NCBI GenBank assembly: GCA_965235115.1
Contig: OZ249445.1
Coordinates: 9,548,001-9,612,000, forward strand
Direction: 5' to 3'
Length of the DNA: 64,000 nucleotides
From: Laetmonice hystrix
Taxonomy: Eukaryota
This document shows, piece by piece, positions 38,101-50,100 of this stretch; position 1 is the stretch's first letter, and the number at the start of each line of letters is the position of its first letter. Below the pieces are notes generated by a model. The model searched no databases. It had not been told where the DNA came from and saw only the letters and a program-made list of their open reading frames with translations. A program made the position numbers and the translations under genes.

Positions 38101-41100
38101 AGACACAGCTGCAGCATTCGTGTATTTTTTGACGGAATCATTTTTGGTGTAGAGATAACAATAATGCAAACGACACTGGTTTCCTGCTCGTTAAGCCATT
38201 CCAACTTTAGGACATCCAGGTACCAAATGTTTACACAAAAATATTCTTATCGTTTCTTAACTTGAAACAGGGTGACAAAAAAGAAGTGAGAACAAAAATA
38301 TTGCCGATGTTTTTTTTGGGACTCGTTATGCCTGTAGATCTATACACCAAAGGCCCTGTAGCTTCAGGGTCAATGCCCTACGGTTCGTTAGCGTAACTAC
38401 GGTAACCACAGTATGGCATCTCACTATGTACTACTAATCTTTAACTTTTTACTTACGTAGTCCTGCTGTGTGCCCTAAAATTCACCAAACCATTCAAAAA
38501 TTGATGTATAAAATGCTGTGACTTGGAAGGAAATTTTTGTATGAATGTTTCATTGCTGGAGAAATGCTGAAGAAAAAAATCTTGTAATGTTAAAATGCAG
38601 GGCTTTATTGGGGTCAAAAACAACTGATCTGCAGGTTTAGGGTTCCAGGAGCCGTCTGTCCAACAAGAAGGATCTTAACTAGCAGGTTACACACAGAGTG
38701 AAGTCTGCATCATCCATCGCTACCTCCATTTCCCTGAAAATCTTTCACTGATTAAATATATCCCTGACCCCTCATCAATTACAACAAATCATAGATACAA
38801 CATTTTTCAACTCAAGTTTCTAAGTTTTGAGGTTTTTTTTGTTGGGGGGGGGGGGAGGGGAGAGGGGGCAGAAAGGCAGACGAATGGGAACATAATGACA
38901 AAGTAAGTAAAGAATGAAATGCAACCAAGAGAAGATCAAAAATAAAACTTGTGCAGAGAGAGAAAGGACACAGAGGAGAGAAAGACAGACCAAGGTAAAA
39001 GGTGCGGAGAGTTTCTATCCTGTAAATATTTGTAGCTGTACAGGCGGCAGGGCCATGAATGCTGTTACTCTGGCTGACACAGACTCTAACGACTGTGACG
39101 TTAGATGGTGGCAAGATGGTACGCTCGCTCTTAGCGACTTACCTTGAGAACACTCCCGCGTTATATCTGAGGTGATTGTGGGAGGGAACATAGATCGCTA
39201 CGGTTTAATATCCACAAGGAAACACCAGAGGCCACAGACTATCTTTTTTAAATTGCAGCTAAAAACAATCCAAACCACATATACCCCACCTAAGACAAAG
39301 AGAAAAGAAAAGAAAGAAGGAAAGGTACTGATTTCACCAAGTTTCTGTTTTGGCTTTTTTTAACCTGCTTTTCGATTATTCAGGAGCACTACAAACGGCC
39401 ATACTTAGATACCAGTTCAAAGTACGTTACATCATCACTTATACATAAAGCACCATCAAGTAGAACACTTAGTGAGACAAGGTTAAACAAGCCATCACCT
39501 TGTGGAGGGCGGGGATAGGGAGAGGACCAACATAAGGCACATACCACAGGGACAAAAGTTTGTACATTGAGCCACAAAGCACACTCCAACATCCCACCAA
39601 CTCGGCAGCTCCACGACTGTACCAGAACACGTCGACCTCACAACAGCATACACAGCAGTGATTCCGACCAAGAAAGCTTGTCCTTTGTCTTTGACCGTGG
39701 TGGTCCGTGACTTACCTGCCCTTGACCTGACCCTTGCTGCCGTCCGTCACCTCTGGCGTGATGTCGTTAAGGACCCAGTTGATGCTGATGGGTTTTGTTT
39801 TCTCTGTCTCGCGAGGTGGGTCATACATGGTGACACGCCCGAGGCGTGGATGGTTCACTGTGAAGTTGACGGGTAATTTCTGTGCTATGTGCGCACCACC
39901 CTTCTCCAGCCGACAGCACACAGCCCGCGTCAAGTGGCCATGGTTGTACATGTAACCTGCCAAACACAAATTAGAGAATTAAGTCCCAATGTCAAAGATC
40001 ATTAAAAAAAGACGAAGAAATTTTGAGGTTTATAACAGCCCAGGCCGCTCGGGCCTCCCGTATCATGTTACCAAAGGTTATATCCGTGAGCAAAGAGTCA
40101 GACTTTAACACCATTCCAGGAAACAAAGACAAACTCTTACCAAGGGTTAGGGAGTTCAGGTAGATGGGTTCAACAATGTGGCTGAGCAGGGCCCCTTGAA
40201 GTCCTAGGATGTTCCAGCGACAGATCTTGTCGCTGCAGGACATTGTACGCAGTCGTTCGCCATGCATGATCCCATCCCAGGTTTGTCCGGCAAAGTCCTG
40301 CTCCACAGGAATGGTACCTTCACCTGGAGAGTGTACAAGGCAATATCAGAAAACAGTTCTCATGAACATTTGCCTTGGGCTACACTTTAGATATCGTGTC
40401 GACAGCTATTTAATACAGTGTTAATGAAAAAACTACTTCAAACAGAATTTCATTACTTCGGTTAAGAACATTTTTCTTATTTCTTGAGGTGTTACGTGCT
40501 GCTGTGCAGGAGTAAAGTAAATTCCTGCTGTGAAGCTCTGAAGTCTGACTAACGGGTTACATCAGGGACTCACCAGCCTCCATCTTCGTTCGTAGTAGAC
40601 CCTGTACACCAGTGGTGAAGGTTGGCATGTGCTCCCCACCGTCTGTGCTTTGATCTGACCCGTTACTGCTGGCATCACTATATCACAGAAAACATTCTCA
40701 AATCATACACCATCACCGAATAACTCTTTACAACGAAGCTCTCTTTCAATTCTGTAAAATAACAGGAAGTATTCAGGGATAGAAATACCAACAAGTCTTA
40801 TTAGCTCAAGATATCCCTAACCTGTCAGCCTTATTTGTAAACTTTCACAATTGAAAACTGTCACTACACATGGTCTTGTGTCCTACCTTGGAGAGAATAG
40901 TGCTCCGTCTCCACAGGGTGCAGTCGAGATGTACAGATGGAAAGAGACGCCTACTTTCAGATTGAAGCGATCACTGTCTGATAGCTCCGCATCAAACAGA
41001 CTTTTCTCGTCACCAGGTTGGTGTTCCTGGAGATTCTGGTACAGGAATCTGTGAAAGAAAACCAATACTCTCTGTAAACTTGGAAAATACTTAGCATTGA

Positions 41101-44100
41101 GTACATTCGACCAAAGTGTATTTAATCCTCACTAGGCTGATTCCTAACAGGTAAAGAATTCCCTTGGATGCCCAGGAACCTACCTGAGGAAACCTCTCCG
41201 AGCAATGACCTCTGCGTGTGAGTCATTCACTGTGGCCCCCTCTTGACTCATCTGAGGGCCTGTGATACACCGGTTACCTGTGAAACACAAGTGTCATCTC
41301 TATACAAGTACTATATCAATATATAAGACAGAACCAGAATCTTACCAAAATAGTTTCATCTACATTACCAGTATTTCATTTTGGCCCTTCTTGATAATGG
41401 CTTGCACATCTACAGTTCTATGCTGACACAGTGGTATAACATCATCCTTTAAAGGTTTATTACCTGTGCCGAGACTGATAACTCTCCCGTCCTCTTCCTC
41501 TGTACATTTCATAATCATGGCAGCAAGCACCTTTCGCCCTGACAGACTGTCAGGTATGGTCACCGCAAGCGTATTGAATGCGCGGTGAGCCAAAGCTGCC
41601 ATCTTGTCAAAGTGTCCCAAATTATCCATTGCTCCGCCATTTGATGATGACTGAAACAGTTGCCAATAAGAAACTTTTTTTCACTAATCTACAAGTATTA
41701 TCTTATCTGGCTGGGGAAGTGGGAAAACCACTGATCTAGCAAGTTCTAGTAACTTACAAACTCAATCATATAATGCAAAAAGGCAATATGAGTTTAGAGT
41801 GGATTCTATGATCCGAGTGCTGACCTGGTTAAGACCCTGTGCTACCTTGTACTGGCCTTCAGCCATCAGGGTGCGCAGCGCCACATCGGCTGCCTCTCGT
41901 CGGCCGTCCTTCTTGTTGGTACACACGACGGACTGGAACCGCCGGCCGCCCAGAGATGCTGCAATCGTGAACCTGTCCAGGAATACATACACACATCAAT
42001 CCCAACAAGGTGATCAGCTGATTTTACATCAAAGATTTTATGCCTCCAAATGTTACAACTGCAATCCCTTTTATTTTTTATCAGTCCTTGAAATACTGCG
42101 ACTGACAGACTAGGACCGAGTAGGTCGTGAACTTGGCGTATGACTTACCTAGGGTTGTGAGGGGGTCCCCGCTGACTGAGGACATCAATGCGTACTTCAA
42201 GACCTTTGCCTTGGCCATACTCATTGAGTGCGCTCACTGGGTTCTTATGGAGGGCAGCAAACTCCTCGGCACTGACGTGAACAGCTTGCTGCTCAGTATT
42301 CTGTTGTGGTGTGTTACCATCATCAGGCTGGTTGAGCTGTAAGACAATACAATAAACATGTTATAATTGGTGGATACATACCAAGTACCCTGGCACACTC
42401 CTTGTCTGTGATAAATAGTCCATGACCATATCAATCGGTACTCTAGGATACCCCCGGTAGGTTAGGCATGTAATATTGCCAACTTTCCAACAGAATACGC
42501 TTTGTTTTGTAAAATCTACCCAACTCTACTTTTCTTTAAGCATTTGTCAGATTAGCTCCACTCCTCACACACTCTACAGTTATAAATACACATCCACCCA
42601 TAACGACGAAGCGCCTCTACCTAGGCTTATAATACAGCTGGCCTTCACCTGAACTTTATCTTGATTTACGACTACATTTCAAACCACCGCTATTCTTAGT
42701 CACCTACCAGTTACCGGTACTAGTACATTCAGTAGCCTGCTAAGGTAGCCATACAAGACCAAGCGTCCCACAAACATGAACGCTTGACAAAAGTTTAGTA
42801 CTTGACATCTTGAAAAGGCAGACAGAAAATGCATGAGAGAAATCTCCTACGGCCGCATTCTAGAAACATTTCAAGGACAGGAAACGAGGATACTTCAAAC
42901 TGAGTATGAAAACAGTGGGTCTAAAGTATGTACTGATTTACAACTAAATCTCGTTTAGGTACTGAAATTGTTAATCATAAAAAAAACTGTGAACTTTAGA
43001 AATTATCAGTCAGGTTACAACACTGTCTTAAAGTATAGCTGGATCGTCAAGAGGCACAGAAGAACAGTGCAACTTAAATTTCAAACGAAATGATAATGTA
43101 CTTTCTTTCGTACAAAAACACCTGGCTATCACAGAAGGACAGCAAGTGATGAATTCTTAACAAATTCTCATGTTATTTTCTGTCATCAGATCTTACCTTA
43201 CACTCTTCCTCAAATATAATCCTTAGCACTTGTTTATAGTAGCAGGCTCCATTTTAGTTTGGATTACAGTAAAGTGCAATTTCTATTTAAAAGAAAACGC
43301 TTTCAACAAGCTTGTTTCAAACTCCAAACCACCCAATCACCTAGTACACCATCCTTATATACAAACACTCAGTCACAATTTCATCCTGATTTTAGAATTC
43401 CGGATGCAAGGCCATGCAGTGTTAAAAAAATGGTTTCAAGATAGGACTTTACACCAAGCCCAAACCATGTGACGCTAGTCTCTATAGTTAGTGTCACATG
43501 ACAAGCTTTTTAATGGGAATCCTTGTAAAACCGATCTCAACATCAACGCAGTATGGCCAATATGGTGTTAGCATACATCAGAAGGTTCGAAAACTACAGG
43601 GTACTTTGCTCATATGACAATGTCTATTGCGTCATGATTTCGCGAGAGGAAAGCCTGAATAAAATAAATCTCAAAGTCTGGACAACACTTGGTTGGTTTT
43701 GCACACTATGATGGAAGAGGTGGGTCAGGGAGTTCAGTCAAAAACCAGTTTTTAAACGATACATGGCCTTGGTCAGTTGGGTCAAGAAACATGAGTGGGT
43801 CACGGCACTAGCACAGGTCTGTCTTACCAAGGGCCTGCCATCGGTCACAGGCGTCCTACAACGAACATTCAATGTCCACAACTTGGTTTCATACTTATGA
43901 CAGGAGACTGAATATTCTAAACCTCAATGCTAACAGCACGTTTTAGTCTGAGCTTGAAACACCTTGTAGGGCACTTCTGACAGTTGAGAAACTTGGACAG
44001 GACAGGCCTATGTTAGTGTAACGGTTCCCTGGGTCTTGTAACTATGTTCTCTTCTCAACGGAATCACGACATGCAATTCAGTTTTCATATCTTGAATGTT

Positions 44101-47100
44101 GCAAGTATGTAAGGATCTTGGCAGTATATATATAAGTATATATATACAGGGGTAAGAACTGAGGTCTGGCCACTTACGTCATCATCGTCAAAGTCGGCCA
44201 CGCCCTGTAGGTAGCATGACAGTTGTATGTTTTACATGTTCCCACCCATCTACGTCCTTCTACTTTCTTATTCTCCATTTTCAACATACTGAATTCCACC
44301 TGCACTAAACGGCTACTATAGTTACCATAAGCAAAGTTAACCAACAGTTCTACTTTGATGAGGGTACCGTGCATACTCAATCAGTAACAACCAACACTAT
44401 AACAATACGCCGTTATTCTGGTTAAGGTATGCCAAAACCTAACTTGCTGCTCAGATCATACCATTAACAATGCCCCAGTATTGGCATAAATACTCATTGC
44501 GGCCCATTTGTTAGAGGAAATATTTCCTGCACACTTACGTTGGCATAGCGCGCCCAGTCAGAACATTCTCCTTCTCCTACTAAGGTTTTCAGGGCTGTCT
44601 CTGCTGCTTGTCGTTTACCTTCCTTCTTGTTGGATGCTTCTACTGGCTCAAACTGTCGGTCACCCACATAAGCAGCTATTGTAAATCTAGAAAAACACAC
44701 AACGGTACAAAGTTCACACAATAACAACTTGAGGATGTCATAGGTTACCTACCAATGTAAGTTTATATTTACATCACCTGTCTGTGTGTGTGTGTTAGTG
44801 TACCGGTATACCAGTAATGCACCCAACCTCGCCGGATCGCGTAATACAATCCGGCAGAGGGCGCCATTTACACGCACCATTGGTTCAACTAACCCCCACC
44901 AGGTAGCGCTTTCAAATCAAGACGGCCCTTTAGCTGCAACACCGTGCATAATTAGCAAAACATTCAATCACGTTTTCTGACACACTTCTGAAATTGAAAC
45001 TAACACACACCCAGGAGGAAAAAGGCAACAACATCTTCATTTCCTAATATGATTCTACCAGGACACTGGAGGCAAAGAATCAGAAAAGCTATAGAACATC
45101 TCTGTCATCACAATCTTTTATTTTGTTTTTATTTTTCCATGCCTAGCAGCCATACTGTACCCGACCATACCGTTTTCCGAGGTTGTCCCCTGTCACCAGT
45201 CGACTCACTCACCTTGGATTGTGTGGTGGCCCACTCTGACTGAGGACATCAAATTTCACAGTCACTCCCTTTGTTTGGCCATACTCGTTTAGGACGCTGA
45301 TTGGATTTTTGCTTTGTGCAGCAACTTCATCTTCCACTGGTAGCGCCACCTGGGGCGCTTCCCCACCATTAGTAGCCTTGTGTCCATCGTTAATACTTAA
45401 CTACAAACACAAAACAACACGTCCACTAAAGTCAATACTCTTCTGATTATGATTTTGAATGATTATTTGAATTCGGACTTGCATATAAGTTCCATATATA
45501 ATAATGTACCCAAGGCCACAAACATTCTGTATTCTGAGTGTGGAGTGTGTAGTGTACTTTGGCAAGTATTTCCCCAAGCTCCAACTCCAAAAGCTACACT
45601 GGAAACAAAACAACCACGGTGCCTGGGACAAGACACCTGGCTTGAACAATAAGATGGACACCATCTCAGAAACAATCGATAAAACAATGGTACCTGGGAT
45701 CAGGTTAAATGACAATCTTCTTATTACTTACTGATTCTACACCCTGAGCGAGCGAGGAGTCTCCACTAGCTAGGCTTCGGAGCGCTGAGACCGCTGCTTC
45801 AGTGCGCCCATCCTTTTTGTTGGTTGCTTCAACCGCCGGGAATTGGTGATTTCCCATGAATGCAGCCATAAGGAACCTGGAAATACAGCGAGCCTCAAGT
45901 CAGGTTGGTAGAAGGTTGTACATGTATATTGTTGGTTCAGCCCTCATTATTATTTACGTAGGTGGGTTACCGGTAGTAGATACTTGGTCCCTGCTGGGTT
46001 GGAATGCAATTATTTAACAAAGACGTTCTCTGCAACAATATATTCTGCCACAAACAGTATGGAAAGTCAGCCTAAAAATTCAAAAGTCTTGAAAGTATTT
46101 GCCAAAACCATAAGACTTAAATCTTCAGATTTGGCCAACATAACATCAATTTCCTGCAAGATAACTACATGACGTCATTTCTCATGATTTCCAAGAGTGT
46201 AATATTGTAATGGGGTAACCTTGGAAACACCAGATAAATCAGTAGAGATCCTCTGACTGAGAGCAACATCATTTACAACGTCAACCACCTGGCCAAATCA
46301 ATGATTGTTTGTGGCAAGCACCCACAACATCATCCAAGGTCCACTTCACTCTAACACCAATACGTTAACTCATTATGTAATATGCCCTGATCAATTAGGT
46401 TTTATAGGCACTGGCAGTGGCAGTCGTTTCTGTAAGTGCATGTCCTGGTACTTGATTCTCAGTCAGGACATATGGTTCTCATTGTGAGCCTGATGAATGA
46501 ACCTAATAAATCAGAATCCCTGGCATGCTTGTCCTACATAACGGTAATCTCAAAACAGACTGGTTCAAATATTACTGTTACTCCAAACCTCACATCCCAG
46601 TCACACGTAACCCACTCATACAGGCCATAACAGGCGTGTCATATTATGTCTCCATCTCAGAGAGGGCAATTTTTACGTATCCCTTGCATCTTCGAGAGAG
46701 CAGCCCTTTCCTGATCAATAATAAACACAGAGAGAAAATCAGCTTGTTGCTTGGATTAACTACCGCAACTCTCACACCTGCCCTCAGAAAATATCAATAT
46801 TTGGATTATCATTTACTACTCAACTGGGTTCAATGTTGGTCAGGGACAATGGGCAGCAAGTGTATTTCCATTAATAGTCTCAAATATCGAGTATATTACA
46901 GCTATTTAAAAAATATTCAAAACTGTACAATAAATTTGCGTGTTAAATCGTTATTTCTCTTCCCAGTGGACATGGAGAAGTCTGGCAATTCCCGACTGTC
47001 TTTTCAATTTAAAAAAAAGGCGATTGCTCATGATATCATACGGTTTCCTGGCTTGTCCTGCTTACCCTTCATTGCCATGGCAACTCAAGTAATCTCAGGC

Positions 47101-50100
47101 ATTCATCCAGGTGGGCATCAGCAGGTGTAATCTAATAAGGCAGCAGCAGGCAGCAAGGTTGATGACGTCAGTAAGATTGAAACCTGTCCATCGGTCAGGG
47201 TCAGCAAGGCGGCTGTTAACCTGCCCAACTACTCCCTTCACCTCCCGTTAAATCACAACTTTAACACGGACCAATATCACACAACACTACCAACGTCTTC
47301 CAGCAGCACACGCCACATCCACTCAAACAATCTGAAACCTGTAAATTGATTCCTTTCACTGTGATATCACAGGTACTTGTAATTCAGATCTATCCAGACG
47401 GCAGATCTATTCCTAGGTGGCCGTCAGCCATTACACTTGGTTGACATGATCGGCAGAGGGAGCGCCAGGTTGCCGGTCTGTGGACGCTCGTCATGTGACC
47501 AAGCCTGCTGGTCCCGACTCTCAGTCAGCGGTAATCCCACCAACCACCGCCACAGTTCCCCTCACTTTCTGTGCCCCCCCACCCATACACACAGTCTGTA
47601 ATTATTTGAAGACTATCACAGTACCATTGTCATATAATGTCCTCCGATCAGATCCTGCAGATCCTTGCTCACACCAAGAGGTATTGGTAAGAGCCCCCAC
47701 CCCCCACCCGCCACCTACAGATGTTTGACAGAGATCTCCCTGTTCAACTGTACCGATGGGAGAACCCTGTCACTTTGCTGCTGCCGGCGCCAGTCGATGG
47801 CCTCCAATGAGCACCACAGAGGCAGTGAGTCAGATTGCTAAAGGATGATGATAACATGGTGCAACATCCAAAGGGGGAACGCCCTCAACAAGCTACTAAA
47901 ACCCTGCCACCGATACCTTCACATTCCCATCCATTCATTTCTTCAAAGGGGCACAAACACTCAGTCTTCAATCAATACATTTTTCTTCCAATCTTCGTTT
48001 TCCAATGCTATAGATGCATAAGAAGCAAACATCTATTTTTACATCCCCCTCCCCCCAAGGCATGCGCCTTACAAAATGTACCCTTTCTTTATGTATGCAT
48101 GTCACTATTAATTAAATCCACCTGCCCTGTTGTCCTTCCCACTATCTCTGCCTCACAATCATTCCTATATTGATAGTACAGTGACACCCCCTCCCCCCTC
48201 CCCGTTTGTTGAGAGAAAGCGAGCGTACCTAGGGTTGTGAGGAGGCCCGCTCTGCTGGATGACTTCGATGCAGACATGTTGGCCACGAGCTTGTCCATAT
48301 TCATACAGAGCACTAACAGGATTCTTTCCCTGCCACGACAAGCCGGCGCTCGACTGGCCCGTGCTGACCACCTTGGTTGCGGTGATCATCTTGCTGGTGT
48401 CAGGAGGTGTTACAGGGCTTGTAGACTGCGCAGGAATTGTCACAGGCTGCCAAAAATATAATCAACTTCATTTACTCAAAACATCATGAGCATATTACAC
48501 TAAACTTAACAATACAACCCAATATTCTCACCTTCACTTAATGTGACGCCCCCTCCCTAAAAATGATCTTTTTCTTGAATGGAAGATGAATCCATCGAGC
48601 AGTTGTAATTGTAAGGAGGCGATTCCACACTACCATGAGGAGTATTCATTGTTATTCTCCCTGTATCTCTGACGTCGTTCGTACCACGACTACTGTGTAA
48701 CTGAACTCTAAGTGGGAGCCACTCACCCCACGTTATGGCCACTATTTGTCATACTATATCACTTTAATCTTGGAGGTTAATTTTTGTCCCGCTCAAGTTG
48801 AATGGTGGGGACTGGGTGGAGACTGCCTACCGTGGGGCTGCAGCTCTTGGACCAGACGTTGGTGTTATTGGCGAGGGCGTGTAGTGCTGCCTCGGCCGCC
48901 TCTCGACGTCCGTCCTTCTTGTTGGACGCGTCCACAACTGGGAACTGTCGACCTCCGATAAATGCTGCCATACAGAATCTGAATAAACAAACAAACACAC
49001 CGCTCAGTATCTAACCCTGACTGGAAACAAAACACCAAACAAAACACACCGCTCAGTATCTAACCCTGACTGGAAACAAAACACCAAACAAAACACACCG
49101 CTCAGTATCTAACCCTGACTGGAAACAAAACACCAAACAAAACACACTGCTCAGTATCTAACCCTGACTGGAAACAAAACACCAAACAAAACACACCGCT
49201 CAGTATCTAACCCTGACTGGAAACAAAACACCAAACAAAACACACTGCTCAGTATCTAACCCTGACTGGAAACAGTCATAATAAAACACCACCCCATCAT
49301 TCTGACAGTTCATCCTATTAAAGCAGGTTGAAGAAAATGTCTCAACCTTGTGACCACAGTCTTTCTGAACGCATATTTGCAGAGAGTACCCTCCCCCAAA
49401 TCAATAACTCGCCTACCCACCCCATATAACTCCCCCTGAGGTTGTTCTGACTTTATTTCTACCCCTAGGTTATCCTCCCGTTAAATATGGAAAGGTCTAC
49501 GATTCTTTGTATGAAATCAATCAATGACACCCTTTAAATTAAAAATATATATATGCCAGTTCCATTTCTATTATAAATTATTAAGACCTGAGCATTCATA
49601 AACAAAAATTACTTATCCGCCTGTATATCGATGACTAGTCCGAGGGCGGCTGACCTCCCTTATTTCTGCCACACTATATTATACCAAACGAAATCTGTCT
49701 TCATCTATTCGATGCTGGCCACCCATTTCCACATCAGCTCTCTAGATAGACACACATAAACCTACCACAATAGGCTTCAGTAACCATAGCAACATATGTG
49801 GCCATGAGTCAGTGCACAGTTTTCTGCATATAGTATGAGGCGAACCTCTGTCTAAGAGACTGCAGGTTGGGTGAGGGGTCATGTCCTGTTCAGTTAGGAC
49901 CCTGTACAGTGTAAAATGACGACTACTGCTTCCCATTCACTCAATGGTAGAGCCACTATCGGTACCGTACTCATGGGCCTAATACCATCAAGATGGCCGC
50001 CATCAAGACTTTGTCCTCACCGGATGCTGTCTGTCGGCTACCTCAGCATCATCTTTAACGATAACATCAATAATGCACGATCGTCTTCTCACTGTAAATG

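Noticed and set aside
43190-43230. Strong minus-strand donor AAG|GTAAGA in the ADAR intron between dsRBD3 and dsRBD4
   Set aside because: The nearest acceptor gives a 32-nt segment with an immediate stop and a weak pyrimidine tract.
46525-47130. 201-aa plus-strand ORF nested in an ADAR intron
   Set aside because: It has a non-ATG start, low-complexity AT-rich composition and no recognisable domain; most likely chance.
48990-49274. CTAACCCT in the 49-bp unit as telomerase template or telomeric repeat
   Set aside because: It is a single octamer per unit, with no TTAGGG array or telomerase RNA context.
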